Source: Marsupella aquatica (taxonomy: Eukaryota > Plantae > Marchantiophyta). From it: a DNA stretch of 64,000 nt. Where the stretch lies: contig OZ316893.1 of the NCBI GenBank assembly GCA_973895155.1, forward strand, positions 11,734,359-11,798,358, given 5' to 3'. Below, one piece after another: positions 12,038 to 24,169 of this stretch (the stretch's first letter is position 1; each line of letters starts with the position of its first letter). The translations under genes were made by a program, and so were the position numbers. The notes beneath the pieces were generated by a model that worked only from the letters and a program-made list of their open reading frames with translations, had not been told where the DNA came from and did not search any database.

Positions 12038-15000
12038 AGTCCAGATGTTGCCCTTTGCATTTCATCCAGTAACAACGGTGATGAATGGATTTTAGACTGT
12101 GCCTGTACCTATCATATTTGTTGTATGAAAGAGTTTTTTAGTTCTTACTCAGTATCAACCGGTTCCGTGTTGATGGGGAATGATCATCCTTGTCAAATTA
12201 TTGGAATTGGATCCGTGAAAATTCGGATGTTTGATGGAGCTGTGCGAACAGTGAGTAATGTCAGATACATACCTGACATGAAAAAGAACTTGATTTCTCT
12301 TGGAATGCTGGAAGCAAATGGATGTCGGTGGAGTTCTGCTGATGGTATTCTTCAAGTGTCAACCGGAGGCAAGGTTGTCATGAAGGGTAAGCGGCACAGG
12401 AATCTATACCTGTTGGAGGGCAACGTGATTTGTGAAGAAGCCAATGTAACTAGATCTCAATGCGAGATGACTCAATTGTGGCACTGCAGATTGGGACACA
12501 TGAGTGAAAAGGGTTTGGCGATACTTCGCAGGCAAGGACTTCTTTCTAATTTGGAATCTACTAAGCTAGATTTTTGTGAACACTGTGTGCTTGGGAAGCA
12601 GCACAGGAGAACCTTTGGTGTTGGAACTCACAATACCAAAGCTATACTTGAGTATGTACATAGTGATGTGTGGGGTCCAGCCCCAACTCCCTCACTTTCT
12701 GGAAAATTGTACTATGTCACGTTCATTGATGATTACTCACGGTATGTGTGGATCATATTTCTACACGCCAAGTCTGAAGTTTTTGGCACTTTTAAGAAGT
12801 GGAAAGCCCAAATTGAGAATCAGACTGGCTCAAAGGTGAGATATCTGCGATCAGATAACGGCGGGGAGTATAGTTCAAGTGAATTTGAACTATATTGTGC
12901 AGAGCAAGGGATTACTCGTCATCTCACGATAGTTTATACTCCTCAACAGAATGGTGTTTGTGAGCGGCTAAACCGAACACTATTGGAGCGATCAAGGAGT
13001 ATGTTGAGCCAATCAGGTTTACCGCATGAATTTTGGGCTGAAGCTATAAATACGGCAGCTTATTTGGTAAATCTTTCTCCTTCAAGTGCAATCAATTTTA
13101 AGACGCCGTTTGAAATGAGGTATGGACGGCACGCAGACTATCAGGTTTTGAGAGTCTTTGGAAGTGATGCATATGCTCTCACACCTAAGCAGAATCGATC
13201 TAAACTAGATTCTACTTCCAAGAAGTGTCTTTTTCTTGGTTATCAACCAGGTGTGAAAGGTTACAGGCTATGGGATCCAGAAGCTTGTACGTTGCTTGTC
13301 AGTAGAGATGTATCCTTTAAAGAATCCAGATCATCAAAGGAGGGGGAGAATGCTCAGGCTTCCCGTACTGACAAAGGTAAATCTCCTATCCTGGACCATG
13401 TTGTGGGGGAGATTGGTCATGAGAGTTTTCATGACATAAATGAAGGAGGTGCTCCGAGAATGGAGCTGGTTCCGGTAATGGAACAAGAGGAGCAGGCTGT
13501 TGATGGAATACCTCAAATTCAACCAACAGAACAAGATCAACCAGAATCATCAGCTAGAAAATCGAGACGTACTACTCGAGCTCCTACAAGGTATGGACAA
13601 TGGACAGATTCATCAAGGTTAGATGATGTTGACATTGCACCTGATGATGATGACAGAGCACTGATCTTGGAAGAAGGAGAACCTTCTTCTTATCATGAGG
13701 CGTGCATTTCAGACGAGAAAGATGAATGGAATGCAGCGATGCAGAGGGAGTTGCAATCTTTAAGTTACAATAGAACATGGGAGCTGGTGCAGCTGCCAAG
13801 TGATCAACAAGTGGTGGATAGCAAGTGGATTTACAAGCTGAAGGACAACTCTTCAGATGGAGGAGACAAGATATACAAGGCAAGGCTTGTTGCCAAGGGA
13901 TTCACTCAAGAGAAGGGAGTGGATTACAATGAGGTCTTCTCTCCAGTTGCCAAGTATTCCACGATACGAATTTTGTGTCAACTTGTTGTGTTTTTTGATC
14001 TGGTGTTAGATCAAATGGATGTTGTTACTGCTTTTCTCTATGGCACCTTGGAGGAACAAATTTTCATGAGGCAACCACTGGGCTTTGTGAAGAAGGGCCA
14101 AGAGAGTTTAGTTTGCAGGTTACTTAAGTCCTTGTATGGATTGAAGCAAGCTCCTCGGCAGTGGAACAAGCGGTTCGATGATTTCATGCTTGCACAAGGA
14201 TTCACTAGGATGGTGTATGACCCTTGTGTGTATACGAAATCAGTCAAGAATGGTGTGTTTGGTTTGCTCATTCTGGTGCTCTATGTGGATGACATGTTGA
14301 TTGTGGCTAAGGATCAAACTGAGGTTGACAAACTCAAAGCAAAATTGAGTTCTGAATTCCGAATGAAGGATCTTGGGAAAGCCAAGAGGATCTTAGGTAT
14401 GGAGATTACGAGGAACTTTGAAACTGGACAGTTGTGGTTGAATCAAGGCAAGTATGCTGAAAAGGTACTTGCAAGATTCAACATGGAAAATTGTAAGCTA
14501 GTAAGTATTCCTTTGGCTCCACATTTAAGTTATCATCGGCTTTCTGCCCCACGGATCCAGTGGAGAGAGGTTTGATGACTAAGGTTCCATATGAGAAGGC
14601 AGTGGGCAGTCTAATGTATTTGATGACATGTACCAGGCCTGATCTAGCCCTAGCAATGGGCAAAGTGAGTAGATTCATGTCAAATCCAGGGAAGGTACAT
14701 TGGAAGGCTGTGAAATGGATTCTCAGGTATCTTAAGGGCACAATAGACTATGGTCTATTGTTTGATAGTAGATCAAACAAAACCAAATCTTTGGTTGGCT
14801 ATGTAGATTCTGACTACGGAGGCTGTTTGGAAACAAGGAGGTCAACAACTGGGTATGTGTTTACTCTTGGAAGAGGATGCATAAGTTGGAGATCTACCTT
14901 GCAGAAGTGTGTATCTCAGTCTACTACAGAAGCAGAATATGTTGCAGCAGCAGAAGCAGCAAAGGAAGCAATTTGGTTGGATAAGCTGGTCACTAAGATG

Positions 15001-15264
15001 GGATTGGAGCATGGAAAAATGACTCTTCATTGTGACAGCCAAAGTGCGCTTCACCTAGCTATTAACCAGGTTATGGATAGCAGGGTGAAACACATTGACA
15101 TCAGGTACCATTTTATTAGGCAAGCAGTGTCTGATAAAATGTTTGAGCTAGTCAAGATTGATGGAAAGCTCAACCCGGCTGATGCTTTTACCAAAGTGAT
15201 TCCTTTGGAGAGTTACTCAAGACACCGTGCTACTTTGCAAGTTTTGCATTTGCAGCACAAGTAG
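12038..15264 (+). CDS. pol: Copia Pol (protease, integrase, RT, RNase H), in frame with gag after a TGA, with a 1-nt frameshift near 14525
   Basis: WILDCACTYH protease, LWHCRLGH, VHSDVWGP, LRSDNGGEY, KARLVAKGF, LYVDDML, GYVDSDYG. Adding one T at 14524-14526 restores PLAPHFKLSSAFCP and joins ORF 14560-15264. Confidence 0.93.
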
Positions 15265-15457
15265 AGTAACTTAACAATATGTAATTTCTGTATATGGGTT
15301 ACTCAATCCTGTTATGGCTACGGCTTAATTCTAGTTAACCCTTAGTTAACCTTAAATGGTTTTTAGGGGGACACCTATGGTTTTAGGTGATTGTCTAGAA
15401 TTTCCCACTGAGTATCTCATATGGATAGCAGAAATTGCAGTCCCCAAGACTAGAGTC

Positions 15458-15466
15458 AAGGGGGAG
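15458..15466 (+). promoter_or_regulatory. Polypurine tract of the Copia element
   Basis: AAGGGGGAG, 2 nt before the 3' LTR. Confidence 0.9.
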
Positions 15467-15468
15467 TT

Positions 15469-15800
15469 TGTTAAGGATTGCTCTTAGTCTTGTGACTCAT
15501 AGGTTACGGCACTTAGGCTAACCACAGTTAGGATCTTAGCTGAGGTTAGATTAGTCGTGTGTGACCTTGTATATACCAGGGCTAGTGTAAGCCGCTGGTG
15601 GGTGGTGCTTACTCATTGTAACAGAACAACAGGAGGAAGAGAGAGAGCATGTGTGTTCGTCTACTCTTGAAGTAAAGCTTGAGTGTTCGTGTGGACGTAG
15701 CCTTGGAGAAGAGGTGAACCACATAGAGATTGTGTCGACTACGTGTGCATGGAATGAGTCATGGTTGTATGGTCGTTGCGAATGACGTCTTAGTTCAACA
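15469..15800 (+). repeat. Copia 3' LTR (332 bp)
   Basis: Matches 9088-9419 and is followed by TSD AATAT. Confidence 0.97.
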
Positions 15801-16082
15801 AATATAGCAAAAATATCATATAAGAATGGACAAAAATAATAATTCAAGTCATTATATTTTTAGAATTCTAAGATATTAGAGGAAATTAAAGTAAAACTAT
15901 GTAAATAAGATAGGTGGCAAAGACAAAGACTTGACTTGTACTACACCATTTGACCAAAATATTTGACCGCATTACTTGGTCCTTGGTCTTTGGTGGGCTA
16001 CTGTGGTCCTTGGTGGGCTACAACATTTGGTCCTTGATCCTTGGACTTGGTGGGGGGGGTGAACATGGCACATAGATTGTGA

Positions 16083-17790
16083 GTTTCTTCTTTTCATTAT
16101 CAAAGCTTTTATTATGTGAAAATTGTCAAATGTGTTTCCATGTTAAAATTTTGCATGCTAACGTGTTTGATTGTTTCTGCAGCACATGATAAACTTTTTT
16201 TGTAATATATGTTTATTTCACGTGAACCCCACAGATGGGGGAACAAGCAGGCCCAAAGGCAAAAGATCCTGAAAGGAAGAGCATCTAAACAATAGATTGC
16301 AACTAATCCACAAGATGCAAAATGTAGAACCATAGGAGCAGATCATGCTCACCGCGGTCAAGAGCTAATAGTGCAAAAGTGCATCACGCAGGCAGGATGA
16401 CCCAACTCAAGCGGTAATACGTTGAATCCCTAAACTCATAAGTCTAGAGCGCTCACTAACTAAAAGAGTCCTAGCACCGATCAGACGACTGTGTTTACGG
16501 TCCTGAGTGGATGAATGCGTGGCAACCACAGCAGCGAGATGATCCAAGGTCTCCGTAATCACACCCACCTGGTCAAAAGATCTAATACATGAATGATCAA
16601 AAGTTTGCGCATTCCGTGCCAGCCAGATATGCCAAAAAACCTAGTAAGTAATAAACATCCAAAGTGAAAGTAAGGGTAACCGTCGGCAACAGGAGAGGAT
16701 GATATCCAGTAGAGTCTAAAGTCCTCCAAAGAGCGCCCCATGCATCCAGCTCCGTATCTCGGTCCAGCATCGGCAGACGTATCGGCAGAGGAAAAAGATA
16801 TGTGGGATAGACTCAATAGAACCGGGGTAGAGAAGATAGATACCGTCAGATTTCTTTATCTTTAAGGCTCTAGTCTAGCCAGAGAAAAGTCCTTGAGCAA
16901 GGATCCGCCAAATGAAGACCTTATCCCGAGAGGCAAGGTCAGAAGACCACAGAGTTCTCCAAGTCATGTTCCAGGTCTCATCAGAGAGATTGACACCCCA
17001 GATTCTATTAAGGCGAGTGTGATGAAAGCCTTTAAAGGGCGAAGCATGTCGTACACCCGAGAGTTAACTATATACCAAAACCTTTCAAATCCTTCTCACA
17101 GTCACTCCATCTCCACAGCATGGCAGAGAGTTCAGTCCCTCGTCCACCGATACGAGTTTTGTGAATGGTATCAGCAAGAAGCAAGCATTGTTGTTGTCCC
17201 ATGATAATAAGACCCCACATTCGAACCAACCGATCTGCATGAATCCTCCAAGAGTCGTCACCCGAGAACCAGAGATCTCTCATAGTCCTGAATCCAAGTT
17301 GGTCATACGCTTCAATGATAACTTCCATTATGGTATGTTCAGACAAGTTGTAAAAACCTAGCAAGCATCTCAACATATCTTCCATACCCCAGTGTCCAGG
17401 GATGACATGGGCGCCAGGACAAAAAATGAGATTCTCTCTTACTAGCACCCAAGAGCTCCACAGTCTCCTTGTGTAATCAAGTTTCCCGAAAGATCGGGGG
17501 ATGCTTAGTAACAGCTTGTCAGCCAGAGAGTAGCAGTTGCGGCAAATGGTCTTATAGTTTCGCCACTTTGTCAGATTGAGGTTCACAACAAGCATCTAGG
17601 CCCATTCAGAATCTGGATGATCTAGCGCACAAGTAAACCATTTACTTAACAGAGCATCAGAGTGGGATTTGAAATCCTTCAGACCAAGACCACCTTCACA
17701 CCTGGGCCTAGCCATCTTGTCCCATGCAACCAGCAGAATCCTACGATCCCCGCTCGGATTAGAGCCCCACAGGAAGATATGATTAAGAAC
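16083..17790 (-). mobile_element. Degenerate L1-clade LINE, 3' part of ORF2 with A-rich 3' end (boundaries approximate)
   Basis: Minus strand reads HIFLWG...LLVAWDKMARPRCEGGLGLKDF and later LDYTRRLWSSW, with many stops and frameshifts. A-rich tract on the minus strand near 16083-16100. Confidence 0.7.
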
Positions 17791-20029
17791 TGTTAGTTTC
17801 TTTGTGAAGGAGGCAGGGGATTGGAGGATGATAGATCAGGATGGCTTGGAGAACATGTCGGATCAGCATCAGACGCCCAGTGAAAGAAAGAAATTGGGTA
17901 GACCAAGAAGATAAGCGGTGTCGTGAAGTTTATGGGCGATGTCGGGAAAGCCCAAGCTTCTGTCTGTTGGAAGAACAATGCGCTATGACGTGCTAATAAA
18001 ACACTACGATCATTACCCAAAAACGCTCAATCATCATGGGAATAACCAATGGAATCGGGGATGAAATGATCATGGTATATGCCGACTCCCCGAAATTTCT
18101 AATGATGAAGGCTCGAAACTCAGTTTTTTGGCGACATATCACCCGAACATTACAATCTATACTAAAATTAATAGGAACTCTATTAAGGTCCATCTTGTAA
18201 TTCAAAATCACAGAACGAGCATTTTGAACATAAGAAATTCACTTACGGTTGTCAATTTCCTTTGTACCATATCAAATAAACCAAGTATTTACTATCCTAT
18301 CATCCCTCAAAGGTTTGAGTCAAAATTTTATCTCCATCAATAGGTATAAAGAAAAATAGTGGACCTATCTAGATTGCAAGTTATAAAGACCTTGTCACCA
18401 TCACCATACTATATATCTCACTTAAAGATAAATATACCCTCGAAACTTTTTCCTAGGCATGACATAGCTTCTTGTCTATTTCCAGGAAAAATTTCAACTA
18501 CGCATCTTATTCTAAGAAAATATTACAAATAATATTCAAACTCAGAAAAATATGGTTCTATTTGAGCATAATTTAAACCTTCAAGTCATCATAACTTTCT
18601 AGTATTATACCAAAATCAAGTGATTCCAAAAGCAAACTTGGTGTGCTCATCAAGGTGATCAAAGTTAGAATACTATTTCCCTAAGAAAAATACATCATAA
18701 TGATTTCCTATATAGTACAATCTTTACTATTTAATAATTTTCTAACAATGTCACATCTCTAGCTTCCAAGCACATTCTATGAATTCTTATACTTCCCACA
18801 CTATTCTTGCACATAAGTTTGGAATAACAAAGAAAACTCACCATGTCACCCCCAAGGGGCAGACCTCTTATTTATAGTGCTTTGGAGGGGTAATGACTCA
18901 CCCCTTTGGTACACATGATCCAATAGTATTTGAACATGTAATCAACAAGGTGTTTGGATGTTTTTGGGCATGTTTCCATGCTTATCCTTGTCGTGCGCAT
19001 ACACATCGCTACACAATATACATCGCTTGTCACACATATCCAAGCATAATCCTAATCCAATAACACAAACATAAGAGAATGGAGTACAAATGGAACCAAT
19101 GTCAGCCCAACGCACCTTGTGCTTCAAGAAATCCACGTTATATAAAAGAGCTCTCAGCCACCATAGCTAAGCTCTCAACTTTAGGCTCAACATCGAAAGA
19201 TAAATCTTTTGATGCCTCACAAGAGAGAACTACTCTCTCACACAAACCTAACAGAACCTTATGGGCTCATATAGCACACATAATAAACATACAGATCTAG
19301 ATAGTATGATACACTTTACTACCACTCTAAATGGTGTGACATCCTCCTTTCGACCCCTAATTGGCCATGTGTTTGATTCTAAATGGACATGCAACCATGC
19401 AAGGCCTTTTGTTACGTGTATGCCACATATCCCTATACATTTTGCTATGTCACAAGTCTAGTGGAAAAGTAAAGCCCTCTTGTAGGTCTATACTCTAGTT
19501 TAGGTTATTTATTCTTATAGCCCACAATATTTTATTTAGAGGTGCTTTGTCATCACTCTAACCCATCATAGTATGCCTAAATTTCGTAACTAGGCATGAT
19601 GAATCACCAACCTTCACACCCAAACTAGTTACTATGTTAAAACATAAAAACATATAACCCACTTATGTGCATATGTAAGTGTGGGTAAGAACAAAGGTTG
19701 TGCGGATTCTTCAACCTCCCGAAGGAATCGCACACCAAAATGATGGACAATGAATTGTCGAAAATAAACTTTCTCCATAACCCAAAACTAAAATTCAACG
19801 TGATTTGGAAATCCAATTGGCGCCCCGTGCACTCCGTCCATTGCTGCTTTCTTGCCTTTGAGTTGTTGTTTCCTCCTCTCGTTCCTCGTCTCTTTATGAA
19901 TCGGCATCCCGCTACAAGCATAGATACTCGACTTATGGTCTTATTTGTCATCTTAAGTCAAGATGTTGCAACCCCAAAATATACCCATGTAACTTAGGTG
20001 TAATGTGTGCACCAAAGTTACCACGACAG

Positions 20030-20708
20030 CGGGCACCAATACGATCCAACACAAAATCATGCAGTTGGCTCTCTGAAAGATCGCAACCAAATGGGGCCCC
20101 CAGATAGAGCTGAATAGAACCTCGCTCATTGATCCTGCAACTAGTGGCACGAAGCCACGGGGGAATGTCCTCCACTGCAAGGGGGATAATGGTCGATTTG
20201 TCCCAGTTGATCTTAGCGTCCCTTGCGGATTCATAGCAACTGAGTGCTCCTCGAGCCTGGTCAACAGCAATAACAATAGTGAGGGTAAAGAAACCCAGAT
20301 CGTCAGCAAAAAGGCAAAAGGAAATATTCAAAGGAGTAATCTGAAGCCCTTGCAGTCGACCAGCATCAATCTCAGCATGACAAAAGTCCATAAAGGGTTG
20401 TGTAGAGATCGCAAAGAGTAGAGGTGAGAGAGGACACCCCTGTCTCACCCCACGGGTCATGCTAATATTTTCAGTCCACAATCCGTTCACCAGGACCTTA
20501 GAACAAGCATTACTCAACAGCGAAGTTACCAAGAAAATGAAGTGGGAGCTCAGGCCCAACAGGTTCATTGTCTCCCAAATGTATGAGTGATCGACCCTAT
20601 CAAAAGCCTTCTCGAAATCAAATTGCAGGAACACCGCAGGGGTTTGAGTGAGGTTGATCCAATCATTCACCAACCAAGCCAGCGAAATGTTCTCAAGAAT
20701 GTGGCGGC
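20030..20708 (-). mobile_element. L1-clade LINE reverse transcriptase fragment, probably the 5' part of the 16083-17790 LINE
   Basis: RHILENI...QFDFEKAFDRVDH...RGVRQGCPLSPLLFAI...LFADDL...LYLGAPFG. Confidence 0.9.
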
Positions 20709-20709
20709 A

Positions 20710-21821
20710 CATGATAAATTTAAAGACTAGGGAATCAGAATTCATGCGGCTATAGATGGTGCTACTCATTATGTTGTATATATGAAGGTTTGTTTAAACA
20801 TTTAATTATCACGGACAATCTATGAACCATATAGAAATGCAATGGATAAATTTGGCCATCCATTGATGATAAGATCTGATTATGCTTCAAAGCATGTTTT
20901 AATAAGAGAAGATATTGAGCAAGCAAGGCCGAACCCAGGTGCAATTTGTGCAGGACCGTCCACTCATAACCAGGTAAACAAAATAATTCATTTTAAAATA
21001 TTTTACATTATCTGAATTTGAAAACATCATGTCTTGCACAAAACTTTTTGTATTTATTTTTCTCAGAGAATTGAAGCTTTCTGGCGCCAACTACGAGAAC
21101 AAGTAACAACATATTTTGAAACTGTGCTTGATACTCTATCCCAAGTTGAAGGATTCTTACAATTGGATAATCCTTGGCATCGCTCATCTATGGCAAATGT
21201 ATTTTTACCAACAATACAATTTTTGGTTAATGATTACATCGAAAACACTTGGAATTGTCATAAAGTGAGAGCTATAAATGAGAGAGGTTGAGACAGACCT
21301 TCTCACATACCAAAGCTTGCTTTTCAAGCTTGTGAGCGAATAGTTGGCCGTGTGCTACCGCCACCTTATGCTGAGGGAAGTATTGCACAAAGAGCTTATC
21401 CAACAACAGGTTTTGAACATTTTGCTACAAATTGGGTGAATCATACAAACCAGGGAGCATTTGAACTTGCTTTAGAAGACCTGGAGGATGAGGTAAGTAA
21501 TTTATTGAAGAATTATTGTAGTGTTATTTTAGTCTATTGTATATTCCTCAAATTATAATCTTATTAATTTGAAATGATGTTGTTATTTTGCAGGACCTCC
21601 GACATCTAAGGGATATGACCTATTATTCTAATCATGATCAATTTAGCATGATAAGTTGTAGATACAAGTTTCATGTTGCACTTACTCTAGAATGTAAGTC
21701 GTGCTTTGAAACAGGATTGTCCTTTGAACACTATTTCCATGACAAGTGTATAGAACGAGAGGTCCCTCCAAGTAGACTTGTTGCAATTAATCTATTGTAT
21801 CATACCTATCAAAATTCTTGA
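20710..21821 (+). pseudogene. Intron-containing DDE integrase-core transposase relic, IS3EU-like
   Basis: Reads HDKFKD*GIRIHAAIDGATHYVVY...FGHPLMIRSDY...GPSTHNQ, then a GT-AG intron at 20974-21066, then RIEAFWRQL...WNCHKVR. A second intron lies at about 21493-21593. In-frame stops are present. Confidence 0.75.
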
Positions 21822-23299
21822 ACTTAAGATTTTCTTTTTTTTATGATCTTGAACTTTGGGTTCATCTCTGTTTTGTTTAATTACTTCATTAAAGTGGAAG
21901 CAGTGAGTGAATACAATGATTTTGGTGTGAGTGATAAATTTTGAATTTCTGAAAGTGACTCGAGTTGGTTTTGCGGTGCTTATGTTTTTCTTTGCAATGT
22001 TCCTTCAATTCTTTGTGGTCAAAGCCTGTCAGTAGTTGGCTCTTATTTGGGCAGGCTAATTCCTTAAGCTTAACCTTTGCCTCTCATCCTGGTTGACATT
22101 GCAATCCTAGCAGCGTAATGTTTCATTCTATGCCGACATCTATGTCTTGCTCAAAAGGGTTAGTTTCTTTCAACCCTAAGTTCAGATCTTTGTTGTGTTG
22201 TGTGTACCATGATGTGTGTTCAATTTAATTTGGGACTATTCTGTGGGCTCTGTTTTTGGTTCTATTCACTTTCTCTTTCAGTTTTGCTAGGTGGGACCAA
22301 TGTTGTTCCTGGCACCTGACGGATGGTTCTATGGAATTTGTTGTTTGTTTGTAACTTTGGTAATATGGCACGCCCTGGATACAACTACTCGGATTAGGAA
22401 GTCTTTAGGTGCCCTTGCAAATTGAATCATAGTAAAAGGTTTTTGGATGTAATCTGATTTTGTGGCTTTGAGTTGTTCTCCTCTGAATGAGCTTGGTTCT
22501 AGACCTCATGTTGCTACGGAGGAAACCTTTAAGCAATGTAAGTGTAGGAAAGTGTACGTAGAAAGTCATTCTCATACTATAAGAGCCAGATATCTGATGG
22601 CAAAATTAAGGATCAATTATTGGTCCTTATTGAGGAACAAGACAAAAGGTTTTACCAGGGGTTTACAAGAGAATGTTGAGCAGTAGCTACTTCTACATCA
22701 TCATTGTCACAGTGATAGGCAAGGTGGTGAGCTTATTGTTAGGGCAGAATCCCAGGCCATTGCATTAGCAGATACGCCAGTGGCATAAATTAGTCTTATA
22801 GCTAGTCATTCAAGCTTGGGGCTGATGCAACAACTGATCTCCTACGGACTTCCTGCTTACAAGAGTGGCATAGCAACATTGCTGATAGGAACCTTTCATG
22901 TCGCTGAGTGACCATGTGTTGATGCATACATAAACAATTGTCAAGCATAGTATTTGTGTTAGTATATTATTTAATTTTTTGCCCTTTGACAAAAATTGGG
23001 AGGCTTAGCTTGCCATTTTGTAACAAAGTACGGGTTCCAAGGTCTCTGTTTTGGTTTCCTTTCCAAAATTTATGAAACTATTCTCATTGGGCATATTATA
23101 TAAAGGTTCTTTTGCAAAAGCCTTTTTTCCCTTACCTATTTTCTTTGGGATGTGGTATGAACTTTGATTGCTATGAACAAAATTGCTTAATTTTATTTAT
23201 GAAATGAGAAAAATGGTTTATTTTATTGCACTTGAAATAATTTCATTCTTAATGTATTCATCAATGGGGCTCCATTGGGAAAATGCCATGCCAATTGGG

Positions 23300-23810
23300 T
23301 GAGAGTATTGATGTTTTTTGTTATTTCCAATGGGGCGCTAACCATTTTTGAAAGTGTTGAAAGTCCAGCCAATGGGGGTGGCCCATTTTTTAGAGTGTGA
23401 GATGTGTGACCAATGAGGTGGCTGCATTTGTGAGAGTGTGAAATGTCCCGCCAATGAGGTGGCCCCACTTTTCGGAGTATGAAATGTCCGGCCAATAAGG
23501 TGCTCCACTTAGCCAATGGGTGGCCCATTTATGACTATTCAAATGTCCAGCCAATGAGGAGGCCGGCTTGGTTTTCAAGGGTGTTCGAGTTGTCCCCATT
23601 TGGAATGAGAGAAAAATTCCAGCCTGATTTTGAAAGTGTAAAAACGTTGAGCCACTGGAGTGGCAAGATATCAGTATTTCACCATATACCTGACCAATAA
23701 GGTGGCCCCATTTTTGCAAATGTTAAATTTTGGCCAATGGTGACCCATATATTTGACAACATTTGCTCAATCTTTTGCTATATCCAACCAATGTGTGGCC
23801 CCATATTTGT
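23300..23810. repeat. Degenerate short tandem repeats with core aaatgtccagccaatgaggtggcccc
   Basis: The motif ccaat(g/a)(a/g)ggtggc recurs many times, often about 40 bp apart. Confidence 0.55.
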
Positions 23811-24169
23811 TCTTGCTAACACGTGTTTGCTCACAAGGAGGATATGCATGGTCGAGGAGTTGGGGATTTCCCCACCTGACTTGGTGAATCAATGTACCAT
23901 AACAAAGAAGTGGGGATTCCGGACATCTTAGGGAATTTGGTTGAAAATACCCATGCTTTCCCATACATAACGAGGGATTTGATACTTCTAGTAGTTCAAC
24001 ATTTCCCTGGGGTAATTTGCCTATGTGTCCCTTGGGCGTGACATTTGGGGCGTTTCCCGTAATATACCCAACTACATAAGGGTTTAGCGCCTCCGCATTT
24101 CCCCACATTTGCGTGTTTATTTCTATAAGCCGGAGGCATATGGCATAATCCAGGTCCTTGGATGGTCGC

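Larger units (their letters stand above)
9088..15800 (+). mobile_element. Full-length Ty1/Copia LTR retrotransposon (Tnt1/Tork-like proteins), recent insertion
   Basis: TG...CA LTRs at 9088-9419 and 15469-15800; 5-bp TSD AATAT at 9083-9087 and 15801-15805; PBS, PPT and gag-PR-INT-RT-RH domain order. Confidence 0.98.

Noticed and set aside
14521-14530. Programmed frameshift in the Copia RT
   Set aside because: A single missing T in a T run within a conserved region is better explained as a mutation or homopolymer error.
17791-20028. Clean LTR insertion splitting the minus-strand LINE
   Set aside because: TG and CA ends can be chosen, but the flanks (agaac, gcggg) are not a TSD and LINE sequence is missing across the gap; it is probably composite.
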